This document shows positions 38,409 to 50,954 of a stretch of 64,000 nucleotides of DNA, in pieces. A model generated the notes under the pieces. That model ran no database searches and was not told the origin of the DNA. It worked only from the letters and a program-made list of their open reading frames with translations. Location: contig CM059434.1 of the NCBI GenBank assembly GCA_030390025.1, positions 95,418,001 to 95,482,000 on the forward strand, in the 5' to 3' direction. The position numbers were made by a program, and so were the translations under genes. Numbering within the stretch: the stretch's first letter is position 1; the number at the start of each line of letters is the position of its first letter. Source of the DNA: Squalus acanthias. Lineage: Eukaryota.

Positions 38409-39672
38409 TAGAATCATAGAAATTTATGGTACAGAAGGAGGCCATTCGTCTGTGCTGGCCGAAAAAGAGCTATCCAGCCTAATCCCACTTTCCAGCTCTT
38501 GGTCCGAAGCCTGTCGGTTACAGCACTTCAAGTGAATATTCAAGTACTTTTTAAATGTGATGAGGGTTTCTGCCTCTACCACCCTTTCAGGCAGTGAGTT
38601 TCAAACCCCCACCACCGTCTGGGTGAAAAAAGTTCTCCTTAACTTCCCTCTAATCTTTCTACCCATTACTTTAAATCTATGCTCCCTGGTTATTGACCTC
38701 TTTGCTAGGGGAAATAGGTCCTTCCTATCCACTCTGAGGCCCCTCATAATTTTATACACCTCAATCAAGTCTCCCCTCAGCCTTCTCTGTTCCAAAGAAA
38801 ACAACCCCAGCCTGTCCAATCTTTCCTCATAGCTAAAATTCTCCAGTCCTGGCAACATCCTCGTAAATCTCCTCTGTACCCCCTCTAGTGCAATCACATC
38901 TTTCCTGTAATGTGGTGACCAGAACTGCACGCAGTACTCTAGCTGTGGCCTAACTAGTGTTTTATACAGTTCAAGCATAATCTCCCTGCTCTTATATTCT
39001 ATGAGAAGTCGCACAACACCAGGTTATAGTCCAACAGCTTTATTTGAAATCACAAGCTTTCGGAGCGCTGCTCCTTCGTCAGGCAGCGTTCCGAAAGCTT
39101 GTGATTTCAAATAAAGCTGTTGGACTATAACCTGACGTTGTGCGACTTCTCACTTTTGTCAACCAAAGTCCAACACCGGCATCTCCGCATCATGACTTAT
39201 ATTCTATGCCTTGGCTAATAAAGAAAAGTATCCCGTATGCCTTCTTTACCACCTGTCCTGCTACTTTCAGGATCTGTGGACATGCACTCCAAGGTCCCTC
39301 TGTTCCTATACACTTTTCAGTATCCTACTATTTATTGTTTATTCCCTTGCCTTGTTAGCCCTCCCCAAATGCATTACCTCACACTTCTCTGGATTGAATT
39401 CCATTTGCCACTTTTCTGCCCACCTGACCAGTCCACTGATATCTTCCTGCAGTCTACAGCTTTCTTCCTCACTATCAACCACATGGCCAATTTTTGTATC
39501 ATCTGCAAACTTCTTAATCATGCCCCCTACATTAAAGTCTAAATCATTGATATATACCACAAAAAGCAAGGGACCCAGTACTGAGTCCTGTGGAACCCAA
39601 GTGGAAACAGCCTTCCAGTCACAAAAACATCCGCCGACCAGTACCCTTTGCTTCCTGCCACTGGGCCAATTT
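38409..39672 (-). mobile_element. CR1 LINE 3' fragment (RT) interrupted by a Penelope-like insert
   Basis: YINDLD...KFADDTKIG...WQMEFNPEKCEVMHLG; [19 protein letters not shown]...RRLRGDLIEVYKI. Confidence 0.92.
39004..39195. mobile_element. Second Penelope-like terminal-repeat insertion: fold-back with hammerhead core
   Basis: 13-bp TSD CTTATATTCTATG (38991-39003 and 39196-39208); inverted arms across 39002-39152; minus strand CTGACGA A GGAGC AGC GCTCC GAAA GCTT at 39051-39082. Confidence 0.75.
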
Positions 39673-39979
39673 CTTCAAGTTACCAGAGACCTCACAGAAT
39701 TGAGCCTCATAAAGGATCAGTGACCTTGTCAAATTCTTTCACCTTTTCCTTCCTTCATTCTTATAAGAAAGGAAGTTAACTCTTGAAATGGATTTCAGAT
39801 CTCCAGGTAATTCTTTACAGTAGCAGCATCGAATTGTATATTTAAACAAACATTCCCTTGTAATATTTTTTATAGGTAACTGTTTTAATAGGAAAAAAGC
39901 AGAAAATTATATTCATTAGTTCAAACTTTTTCATTCATCGCTAATAAGAACAAAAAATTGAAGGCATTTTTATAGATAC

Positions 39980-40121
39980 CATTCTTCACAGTCGTTCCTT
40001 GTTCTTTTGCCTGGTTGCAGTATTTTCCCATTATAATAACAAGTGCATTCAGATAAGTTCACACACTTCATTTTGTTTTCGTCCAGATAAGGAGCACTCT
40101 CTGGGCATCTTGCATAACAAC
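39980..40121 (-). CDS. Mucin exon TIL3/E3 [48 protein letters not shown]
   Basis: 142 nt, phase 1-2; mucin D3 cysteine pattern. Confidence 0.93.
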
Positions 40122-40506
40122 CTATATTTAACAGAAAGTGATAATATGAGTGTGGGGCATTGATCATACCTGATTAAGATGGTCACATTTAGTTATATAA
40201 CTGTTTGCCAACAGTTTCATAATTTGTTAGTATAACTCATGAAGACATTTCATATTCTTTTGTCTTGTCATTTTTCCATCAGTATTTAAAATGACAAAAT
40301 CTTAAGTATCTCAAATCCCACCAGAAATCAAATTTAAAAAAAATCTATGCTCTTTTGTTATATAAATTATTAAAAATTTCACATTTGTTAAAACTGTATA
40401 AACACTAAGTTGGCATGATTATCATTCACAAATGACCTTATCATTCATTAATCTTAGAATTTACAAAACATGAATAAAGAACTAAAAAGCAATGTTCAAA
40501 CACAAC

Positions 40507-40632
40507 CTTCAAGAACTGCAGAGAACTTCTTTCCAATGTAATGGTCCGAGCATGTTTTTGTTGTTAATGTTCCACATGGTTGATAGTGCCAGCTGCATTC
40601 ATTGGGGCTGTTATAATAGTCACAATATACCG
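40507..40632 (-). CDS. Mucin exon TIL3 [42 protein letters not shown]
   Basis: 126 nt, phase 1-1; CDYYN...CxWHYxPC hallmark. Confidence 0.95.
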
Positions 40633-41137
40633 CTGCAATGTAAAATGGAAACAGTGATTGGTTTCATTTTTATAAATCCATGTCATTTGTTGTACATGAT
40701 TAGTGGATTTCCCATGGCATTGCTCATGACAAGTCAGCGGCCACACGGGCCAGGATTTTGCAGTAAGAATAACAGTGAGGCTATCAGCACTCACCGTTAT
40801 TAAAGTGTAAATCGGACAGCAAGTTCCAGCGTCCACACATGTGTAGTTAAAAGCAGAAATCAGAAAGTTCCTGTCCGAGTTGCCCTGCTTTTCCAGGAGC
40901 TTTGCTCTAACACTATCTCACCGTGACTTCGCATTGAAATATACGACGAGCGTGAAGTTTCAGTACTTGCCTACTAAATACCCGCTAAACACACCAGAAA
41001 AAGTTAAGGCTTGTCCATTCAAGTGTAAGTGTATTCTTAACACCATGATAAGTCTTAATTACTGCCAAAAAACCTCGCTGGCACTGAAAATTAAATTAAA
41101 GTGCGGAGTCTCCTTCCATCAGATTTTAATTATTGTT

Positions 41138-41682
41138 TGAAAGGGGGAAAGAAGATGTCTGGGGGTTGGTGTGGAGTGCTGGTGCATGGTGGGGATGTGG
41201 CTCTGTGGAGGGGGTGGTCGGGAGAGGCGGTGCACAGCATTACCTCACATAATCACGTGACTGGGTTGGCTACAAGATTTAATCAAGAACATAGAAATGC
41301 AAATGTTGCAAGACAAAGGGGATGCTCAAGATGTGTAGAAACCAGACGGCCTAACAATATCCCAAGGACATTAAGTAGATCAGGAAGCAGACACAAAGTC
41401 AACAATTTGTGGGACTAGGACAAAGGGCCAGTAAACAAATGCTGATAAGAGATAAAACTGAGGTTATAACGCAGAACATTCTAGAAGGTAGGCGGGAACA
41501 ATGTATTGCACATCAAACTGTATGTATAAATATCTACTAACTGCTGTAACAATTGGGAGAAGCTTGACGAAGGCAGAAGCAGGCTGTCTCCCCACCGGTG
41601 GCCGCCTCACCCGTGCGAATAAAGGCTGTTTGGAGCCTCGATCTCGGACTTGTGTTGAGTAATTTCAAATTACACCACAACA
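41138..41682 (+). repeat. 5' LTR of element 1
   Basis: TGAAAGGGGG...CACAACA; TATAAA near 41526; AATAAA near 41618. Confidence 0.92.
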
Positions 41683-41684
41683 AT

Positions 41685-41702
41685 TGGCGTAGTCGGCAGG
41701 AT
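41685..41702 (+). promoter_or_regulatory. Primer-binding site for tRNA-Ser
   Basis: TGGCGTAGTCGGCAGGAT is complementary to the vertebrate tRNA-Ser 3' end (...ATCCTGCCGACTACGCCA). Confidence 0.9.
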
Positions 41703-42783
41703 CTCGCAGCGGACAGCAGACACCGGCAGACAGAAGCATGTCAACCGCGTGAGTACGTTTAAAATTACCAGGCATAGTTAGGACAAAGTAGAAGTCTGCT
41801 ACATGTCGGCTACCCGAGAGATCCGAATCTGCAGGTCTGAACGAGACTCCACGCAGATTACGGATCACAACCCCGGGTGAAGTGACTCGACTCTTACTAA
41901 TACTGCGTTATCTAGATTGAATCGGTAACGTAGCGTAACGTTGCGAAAGTCAGTATAAGTTGCAAGTGTCCGTCTCACTCGGGAGGAGTCTTGGAAAAAG
42001 AGAGATACCTCTGACAACAAATAACCATGGGGGAATGTTATCTAGATTGAATCAGTAACATAGAGTAACGTTGCGTAAGTCGGTATAAGTTGCAAGTATC
42101 TGTCTCACTCGGGAAGAGTCTTGAAAAATAAAGGGAAGATACCTCTGACAACAAATAACCATTGAGGGATAGAGAGATGGATTGGGGACCAGAAGGGTCC
42201 CTGACTGAATATGTGGCCAAAAAGAATAAGAAAAAGAATAAGCCAGAATGCTAGCAAGTAATTGGGATCCCAACACTGTCCCCGCCAAACAAAAGAATGG
42301 TGGGAAAGCGAAAAGAAAAACAAAGAGAAAACAGTGATAATAATAACCCGATCGTATTGCGAATAAAGTAAGAGAACTAATGAATTCACAATAGCCCAGA
42401 AAAAGGAAAAATAATAAGGATGGCGAAGGATTAGTACGAGCAAAAATGCCAGAAGATAAATGGGGGTAACACAGAACAAAGGAGAATCGGCTAGTGAACA
42501 TTGGGAAAGGAAATTCCAGAGCTTCCAAGCACATTCAGGAATAGTGGCAGGCCTTACCAGAGTCTTTCTAAAAATGTTTAAGGACGGGTTCGTCCCGCGG
42601 TGGACAGGACCCTATGAAGTGACCAGTGATACGTGTGCATGTGTGGACATGAATGGTAAATGACGGTGGAAACACTGGTCCCAGCTTAAAAAATATACTG
42701 CATAAGAAACTGCTTTAATAGATGGCCACTAACTCTTGGTGATGACCAAGACCACGTTATGTTCCCACAGGTAAACCAGCACG

Positions 42784-44772
42784 ATGGAGTTACTACTGAT
42801 ATTCGCTGTAGCTTTAACTTTAACCGGCAAAACAGAGGGAGGCACGGACACGCGCTGGTGTAACAATGGGACGCTCGCACACCAAACACCAATGTGCATT
42901 CCCTGCACAGAGGGGAAATCGGTCTGCCTCGAGGGCTGGAACGAGACCGAATGCCAGAGGTTGGCCTGCTGGAAGAGGGGTGATACCACACTAGTGCTGG
43001 CTCCACCTGAAAAACCTGAAAACGAGCAGACACCCTGCAGGGGTGGAGCAGGAGAAAATCCCTGGTGGAAGGTCTGCAAACCAAACACAACTACCCCAGC
43101 GCCTACAGCATCATCTACAACAAGACCAACGATGCTACCAACCACAGCCACCATGACACCAAAACCCCTGGATGTCCAGAGGCACCCCCAGCACCAAAAG
43201 GAGGACTGGTATTAGTGGACAATGGCAGAATATTATATGATAACGTGCGTCATGAGCTTGTACCGGTGGTATTGAATGTGTCAACAATATATCCCCCAGC
43301 GTGGTGTAGCCCACAAGCCCAGTGGTTATATAAAAAAAACCTAATACAAAATGGCGTTGGGAACCTGGAGAAGGAGGGTTAGAAGGAAAAGAAGTATGCT
43401 AGGAGATGCAGGAGCAGTATTTAACACAGGGACATCACTAGTTAATGCCTTAGACATTGAGGCAGTAGACAGGGAACTCGAAAGTCTGAGTGAGAAACTG
43501 AAACCGGTATTGAAGCAGACAAACACTGAGGCTCAACAAGAGAGTCAGCTAGGGACCCACACGGTGGAAACCCTATTGGGAATTACCCATATCCTAGAAG
43601 CCCACGCAAAAACCACGAACCGTCTAATAAATGCCATTGAGTATAATGAAGGGCAAACTAAGGTGGAAATGTTGTGTCACGCTTATGGGTCATGGATAAC
43701 AGGCCAAGACCGTGCCAACATGAACCAGTTACATCAGGGGGAGGTCCCCAGCTGGATAAGCAACAAGAAATTGAAAGACGTGGCCAGTAGCTCAGGCAAC
43801 ATGATGGCATGTCAATTACGAGGCCTGATCCGAGTATATCCTACGGACACAAACTGTATAACTAACCTCCCACAATACCTCGGGGTGGTTATGGTGATAC
43901 CGGTAATGACCAACGACCAAGCATCCTATCCCCCGTACCAAGTAGAAAATATAGGGGTGAATCAGGGAAAGGCCCATGTAAGGTATTACCCAACCCGTAG
44001 CTATGCCACAAAAAAGGAACCAAAGTCTGGCGTCGGAGAGATACTGGTAGGGATAACTCTGACAAGGTGCAAAGAATATGAAAACACAGTAATGTGCCCG
44101 CAGCCAGTAGGGACTGGAGAACAGGCATGATGTGGATTCAATAAGACGACAAATTGGACTGTAGAAATCACACAGGCCCGATACGAGCCAACTCGTGTTG
44201 CATAGCGGGGCAGAGGGGAATACTGTGTGACCACAAAAGAGAAACAGTACAGTTATGGGCCTCTCATGTGCCTAATCGACAATGCAAGCTTCTGCTTCTA
44301 CCCCCGAACTCATGTGACAATTGGGCTCCAGCATTTAGTGGCAATATATAAGAGACCACAAGTATCCCTCAATGCCACGGAAAACATTAACGGGGAATTG
44401 CGAAATTAGATAATACCTGAAGGACCTAAAATCCCAGAACTCCCAGAGCACTTAACTGAGATTAACCACAAACCAGACAATATGGTTAAGCAGTACCACA
44501 AGTTACAGTGGGAAATCAAGAAAACTGAGAGGGAGATCAAAAACTTGGACAACGCTCCATGGTATGAAACAATCTGGAATTGAGGCCTAAATGTGCAGGT
44601 ACACCCTTGGATAAGATGAATATCACACATACTGGTATGCCTACAAGTGATAGTCATGATATACTTGTTATTGAACTGCTGTCGCAGATGTAGAAAGCAA
44701 AAGGTAGAGAGACTAGTAAGAGCCATGAAAAAGGCGGAAAATGGGGAACTTGAGAATCTATATCAGTTGTAA
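42784..44772 (+). pseudogene. env: env (class I fusion glycoprotein) with two frameshifts and several stops
   Basis: Signal peptide MELLLIFAVALTLTG; furin site RVRRKR|SMLGDAGAVFNTGTSLVN; heptad repeat; Cys-rich ectodomain; TM ISHILVCLQVIVMIYLLL. Confidence 0.85.
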
Positions 44773-44812
44773 GTACCCGTATGGCCACCTTGGGCCAGCG
44801 TGGCCAAGGGCC

Positions 44813-44822
44813 AAAAGGGGGA
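44813..44822 (+). promoter_or_regulatory. Polypurine tract of element 1
   Basis: AAAAGGGGGA immediately 5' of the 3' LTR. Confidence 0.85.
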
Positions 44823-44823
44823 T

Positions 44824-45347
44824 TGAAAGGGGGAAAGAAGATGTCTGGGGGTTGGTGTGGAGTGCTGGTGCATGATGGGGATTTGGCTCTATACAAAAAT
44901 GGTCAGGAAAGGCAGTGCATAGCATTACCTCACATAATCACGTAACTGGGCTGGCTACAAGATTTAATCAAGGATATAGAAATGTAAATGTTGCAAGACA
45001 AAGGGGATGCTCAAGATGTGTAACCGCCCTAGAAACCAGACGGCCTAACAATATCCCAAGGACATTAAGTAGATCAGGAAGCAGACACGAAGTCAACAAT
45101 TCGTGGGACTAGGACAAAGGGCCAGTAAACAAATGCTGATAAGAGATAAAACTGAGGTTATAACGCAGAACATTCTAGAAGGTAGGCGGGAACAATGTAT
45201 TGCACATCAAACTGTATGTATAAATATCTACTAACTGCTGTAACAATTGGGAGAAACTTGACGAAGGCGGAAGCAGGCTGTCTATAAAGGCTGTTTGGAG
45301 CCTCGATCTCGGACTTTTGTTGAGTGATTTGAAATTACTCCACAACA
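44824..45347 (+). repeat. 3' LTR of element 1
   Basis: Direct repeat of 41138-41682 with substitutions and indels. Confidence 0.92.
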
Positions 45348-47961
45348 TTGTTGGAGATTTTTAAAAATGTTTAAATTGATTTTTTTACTTTTTCTTTCTG
45401 TCTCTTTTATCACTCTCTTAATCCCATCTTGATTTCCATCTCTTTATTTTGTTTTCTGTGCATGATTTGTAACTGAATTAAATATTCTAACTTACACTTC
45501 CTGGTTTATACTCTGCAGCCCCGATATCAGCTCGGAGGCAGACAGCGAGCGGGCGGGGGCTGTTTTGCAGAAGAATGGGTTTCCCTCAGGTCCTGCTGAA
45601 TTCAACGGCAGGACTTGATTAACATTTTTTGTCTCCATTTCCCGGCTGGCTGGCTGTCGGGCAGGTAAGCCTTCGGCACTAGGCCACAGTCAGGGATCGG
45701 AGAGGAGGGAGGAATTGGAAAGGCCGGAGGTGCGGAGGTGGGATGGGGAGATCGGAGTCTGGTGTCGGGTGGCGATCGGATGTCAAAGGGGAGATCGGAG
45801 GCCTCGGTGGGGAGAGCGGAAGGGTCGTGGCGGGGGGGAGGGGTGGGGGGTGGAGTGGGGGAGATCGGAGGCCACAGCCAGGAAGCGCAGTGGAGGGGGT
45901 GAGGAATTGTAAAGACTGGGCGGGGAGGTGGGAGATCGTGGCTCAGGGGGACTTCGTGGTCGGGGGGAGGTGTCCGATCATGAGGGGGTGGGGGGGGGAG
46001 ATGGAAGCAGGTAAGCTGGCTCTAGCAGGTAAGTGGAAAGACACTGAACTACTGGATCCAGCAGTCCTCGTGTCCTTTTAGCTGCCGGTTTTTCCGATGC
46101 CCGGAAACCTGGCTGGCCAGGGTTAAATTTACATTGGTGATTGAATCTGTGGCATGCAGCCTCATTATAATATTTAAATAACCAACCCGCCTCCTGGGAT
46201 CTAGTTGGTTGCCTGTCCCCTCCCCTCACCACCCCCCCTAACTGGGGGGCGCTAACCAACTGAATTTCGCCCCACCCCCGTTGCTTGCTCTGTTCACACA
46301 GGTCCCGGATTCCCTGTAGAAGGCGCTGTGATGAAAAGGCTCGCTAATCACCACAAGTCGCAGTGAAAAAGCCCACAGAAAATCGGTGGGCAGGCGTAAG
46401 TGTAATGAACGGCTGGCATCGTCCATTCACCGCTGATTGCATGATCCGGGCCACTGTTTTATGGTGACTGAATTACTGAACTTTTGGCAGTGTTAGCAAT
46501 CATTTCAGGTTCAAATTATGTCATTATATCCACATTCTCATGAAATTGTAAATCAGTTGCCTCGATTATTATTATATGTTTGTTTAGCTCCATACTAAAT
46601 TTTATGTCTTGTCTTTTTTAAATTCTGGGGATCTAGAGGAAGATGGTAAAGAAAGATGCTCCAGACTAAAGGTAGGTTATAGGTGTGTAGAATTATGATG
46701 TTGAGGTTTGGGATGAAGAGGGTGCGTGAGTGAATCATGGAATATCTAGAGCGGATCTGAAGTTTGTAGCGTGCACACTGTATGCAAGACGGAATTGTAA
46801 GATTCTAAAAAACGTAATAAAACTGCTGCTACCGTGTGGAGATCGAAAATGTAAAATGATAACGGACGGATTTAAAATGGAGGAAGTCAGCATGTGTTCC
46901 TTTGTCTGTGAGGACTCAAAAATGGAGATGGTCAGCAGGGGGTCCTTTGTTTGTGAGACCACATAGACAGGAAGGAGAAACACTGGATGAAGAGGAAGTC
47001 CCGCCCACACACACATCACAGGAACATAAACGTGTCATGCAGAAGGAACTCCAATCAGGGAAGGTTGGGAGTGAAGCTGACCTATCAGAGGGAGGCAGAT
47101 GAAAAAATATGAGGGGGGCCGGCAGGAAGGCACTATAAAGGAATGACCCAGAAGCAGGAAATTTAGAAGAAGAGAAGAGACAAAGAGGGCTGTTTGAAAT
47201 GGCAGTTGACGTTTGCAGTCTACTACTTTTTCCGGACTGATCACCCAGGATAAGTGTATGTATGAAAATCAGACATAAAGCGTAGATATTGTTAAAGAAT
47301 ACTTTTATGTACAGTTGACTTGGGATATGAATCGCTAGGAATTAGCATAAAAGTTGCTGGGAAGTACTTTTATGTACAAAACTGTGGGCATATTTATTGC
47401 CAAAGCGAATTAATAAACTGTGGGCACAGGCATTGCTGTGAGTGCTTCTATGTACGCTTGAATTTTAAACTGTAGTGTGAATAAAGATCATTTTATTTAT
47501 AACAAACTTATCTGTCATTGTTACGCTTATTCGTAATTCTCGAGGTCCGAACAGTAGTAGGAGAAAGTCCGACAGAAATGGTGACCAGAAGGGACCGTGA
47601 GGGGGAAAAGTTTTTTTATAACAATGGCTGATAAGCAAGGGCGAAATGTAAATGATGACCCTGTAAAACAAGCAAAGGAATGGCCAGAAGGTCTGTTAGG
47701 AAAGGGGGCATGGTATAAGGCGATATGGCTGTTAGCCTATCAAAGGCAATCAATTCAAAATGAGAGAGAGATTGGGAGATAAAGAGGGAAAATGATCTCA
47801 GTTGCAAAATGAAAACTCAGCAAAGGAAGGAAAAAAACAGGGTTTTGGGAAGCAGGGAAAAGCTGCTGGGACAAAGTTTTAAGAGAGGGAAAAAAAGGGG
47901 AAACTTAAAGTTTTACCGACATGAAGCTATTAGTGTCTGTGCTGAGACAAATAAAACACAA

Positions 47962-48807
47962 GGGGGACGATTTTGCCAGCCCTGGGGAGGCGGGTATGGA
48001 GGCAGGACTGCCGGGAAAATGGCAGAAACTGGGAGCGGGTACCGACCCCGCCCCCAACCCGCCTCCGTGCCATCTTCCCAGGAGGCGGGTCCCTGACTCA
48101 CGCTGGGACCCGTCTCCTCGAGGCAGGAAGGAGATTACAGCCACTTAACTGCCTGTTAACAGGTAGTTAGCAGACAGTTAAGAGGATTATCCCCATTTTT
48201 CCAACACAAGTGCGGGCTTCCCGATGTCGGGAAACCCCGTCAGGGTCAGCGAGGCGAGCAGTGGGTCTGCGGGGGTTGGAGGGGTCGAAAAGTGCGCTGT
48301 GGAGGCGAGTGATGGGTGCAAGTGTGAAGAGGTAAGTATGTGAGGTGAGTGAAAAGTCTTAGAAAAAGTTTCCTTGCCTTTGTTTCTTCCTGCAGGCTTC
48401 AATTGTTGGGGATCCGGAGGCTCCGGCATCTCCACGGCAGAGATGACAGAATGGCTGCTGCATTCTCCGATTCAACAGCCATCTGCTTTCTGCTCAGGAA
48501 ATAGGTTTGGTGAGTCTTGAATACAAGGACTCACCAAACAACAGAGAATGTCAGTGTTTGACAGCTTCACAGAGCTGTCAAACGATGACAATTCATCTGT
48601 CAAAAATCTTTGACAGATGAAACATCATACGCTGACGTTCTCTGTCACTGGCTTTCCCTTAATTGGCCTGCTAAACCCGCTGGGCGGGCTTAACAAGGTA
48701 AATCAAAGGAAAATAGCATGGGTTGGCCAGACGTCGATGGAGGCAGGACTAAAACCCGACAAGCAGCAGTCCCGCCTCCAACGTGCCCCCATTGGCAAAA
48801 TCACCCC
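47962..48807. mobile_element. Harbinger-type MITE nested in LTR element 2
   Basis: Imperfect TIR GGGGGACGATTTTGCCA...TGGCAAAATCACCCC; 3-bp TSD CAA. Confidence 0.7.
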
Positions 48808-49889
48808 CAAGGTTTGCTGAGTGAAGGGAACGTTAAAGGATGCTGGAATTTCAGTGTGTGTTAAAGTGTGGAAGTTTTCCTCACTATGTGTTTTAAGAAG
48901 TCACAGTATTCCTTTTGTCTGCAAGTCTGTTTCTTGAAAGAAAGTGTCTGGTGTGTTTGTTTCAGCTCCACCCACTTTTCTGTACAGAGAGCTAAAAGCT
49001 GTTTAACCCTTTGTAGTCTTGTCTTGAATGATGAACAAGCATGTGCTGTTTTAAGTTTGTTAACTGATTTCAATTTAAGTTTGTTAATTGTTTTACAAAA
49101 GATAAACTTCAGCCTTGAAGTTACAGTTGCCAATGTGGTGGAAGAAAATGAATTTGAATGTTTACAAAGCATGTGTGAATGTTTCTTTGTTAGTGTGGCT
49201 GTGGCTTCTTCCTTTTCCTTTTCAAGTGGTACTGCTTAGTTTAAAATATTGGTTTGAATTGAATTGGAGTTTTTGAGGTTAATTAACCTATTAAAACCAG
49301 ACTTTTATTGTGGCCACGGTGAAATTCTGGTTGGTGTAAATTGTGTGAAAGCCTCTAGTTCCGGACATGAGGCAATCACATCAACAATTTTTGAAATTTC
49401 TGATCAATTGCAAGTATGGGTGACCAGAAAAAAAAAGGAAATGCTATTGTGTGGAGTTGCTTCACAGAATGTTTAGGATGCCTCATGTTTTTTTTTTACC
49501 TGCTGAAGTGAATTGATCAAGAGCTTAACAAAGATTTTAAAGGTACAAAGACTTTGCAAAAGTAAAGATTTACTTGAAAGCTGTGAGAAGTTGTGTGACA
49601 GAACCTGACAGTGATTGATGTCTGTGTTTGTCTTCTTTTGAAATGCAAAAGAAAGAAGTTAACTCTTTTCACAAGCAGCTGTGAACTCTGTTTTAACCCC
49701 ACGACCAACTGTGGGTTTTGCAAACATTTTGAGCATTGTTAAATTTTTAAGTTTTTAAATTTGAGTGGATGTTTCCCCACATTGAACGAAGGGGATTGGG
49801 AATTGATGAATTACCCATTGGGCTGCTGAGGAACGCCACAATGGTTTGTCTGTTTTTCCTTTTAAGCAGGGGGCCAGATGAGTGTTAAC

Positions 49890-50600
49890 AGTGCAAGATT
49901 ACCAGGTGGGTAGAAGTCTTCCCGTGCAAGTCGGCCACAGCCTCATGGATGGCCAAGACCCTAGTTAAAGGGGTATTCTCCAGATGGGGACTTTCTCCGT
50001 GGTAGGGTCAGGCCAGGGAAGTTATTTTACAGGCCAGGTTATGCAAGCCACTCGGAAATTGCTAGGAATTGAAGGGAAATGGCATGTAACCCACTACCCA
50101 CAATCATCGGGGATTGGGGAAAGAATGAACCGTACGTTGAAGTCGGCCCTGCGAAAAGAATTAAATGAAACGTGCACTAAGTGGGATGAGGTACTTCCCT
50201 TAATCCTTATGGGGATACGTAGTAACAGATCCAAAGGAACGGGTCACTTCCCTCGTGAATTGGTAACGGGGAGACCCATGCGAACCCCCACACACCTGTT
50301 GGTCCCCACTCTAACTGATAAACAAATTAAGGAGGTGACTCAGGACAAATTCCTGAGAGACCTGTGGGGAACTTTAAAGGAATTGAACTTTAGGGCCGCC
50401 CACAACATTGGGAAGGCACACCAACACAACCGATTACACCTGGCTCTGAGTAAACCCCAGGATGGGGAAGTAGGGAGCCAGGTAATGGTATGAAACTACG
50501 CGAGAGTAGGAGTTTTTGAACCCCTCTACAAGGGGCCGTATAACATTATTGATAAAGCTAGTCCAATGGTATATGCGGTTCAGTTACCTAAGAGGATTAA
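49890..50600 (+). pseudogene. pol: Integrase (pol 3' part) of LTR element 2
   Basis: WVEVFP...QGSYFTGQVM...HYPQSSGIGERMNRTLK...WDEVLPLILMGIRS...PLYKGPYNII (rve core plus GPY/F). Confidence 0.88.
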
Positions 50601-50954
50601 GCTGGGGAGGAAAAAGGATGATGGAAGTGTTTTGAGCCTCAGGACCCTGAGTGAAGGGTTGGACATGAGTGTGATGTGGTGGGATGATGGTCCAGGGATG
50701 CCAAGGGTCCTGCTCTTGGAGCAGCAGGAATGCAGCAACCTGCAGCAGTGTCCATGCCTTTGCAGGGTCAGGGACCACAATCCACTCTGAGGCGGAGTAG
50801 TCGCCAGTTGAAAATCACCCCAATATGGACCCAGCTGGGAACAACATCGGCACCCTCCGGAGGAGGTGGGAATAAACCGAAAAGGAAATGATGTTGAATG
50901 TGTGAATAAGAGTATGTGAATATTAACTGTGTTATGTGTTACAGAAGCTCCAGG

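Larger units (their letters stand above)
41138..45347 (+). mobile_element. LTR element 1: defective endogenous retrovirus-like element (lokiretrovirus-like), gag/pol deleted, env retained
   Basis: LTRs 41138-41682 and 44824-45347 (TG...CA); 5-bp TSD TTGTT; tRNA-Ser PBS; PPT; integrase-end motif PRWTGPYEV; env. Confidence 0.93.
40747..46452. mobile_element. Probable degenerate MITE hosting LTR element 1 and GC-rich nested repeats
   Basis: Imperfect TIR GGGCCAGGATTTTGC...GCATGATCCGGGCC; TSD not clear. Confidence 0.45.

Noticed and set aside
42052-42534. 160-aa hydrophobic minus-strand ORF
   Set aside because: Antisense of an A-rich retroviral gag remnant; Phe/Leu richness is compositional.
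43351-44130. 259-aa env ORF as a domesticated syncytin-like gene
   Set aside because: Separated from the signal peptide by frameshifts and from the TM by several stops.
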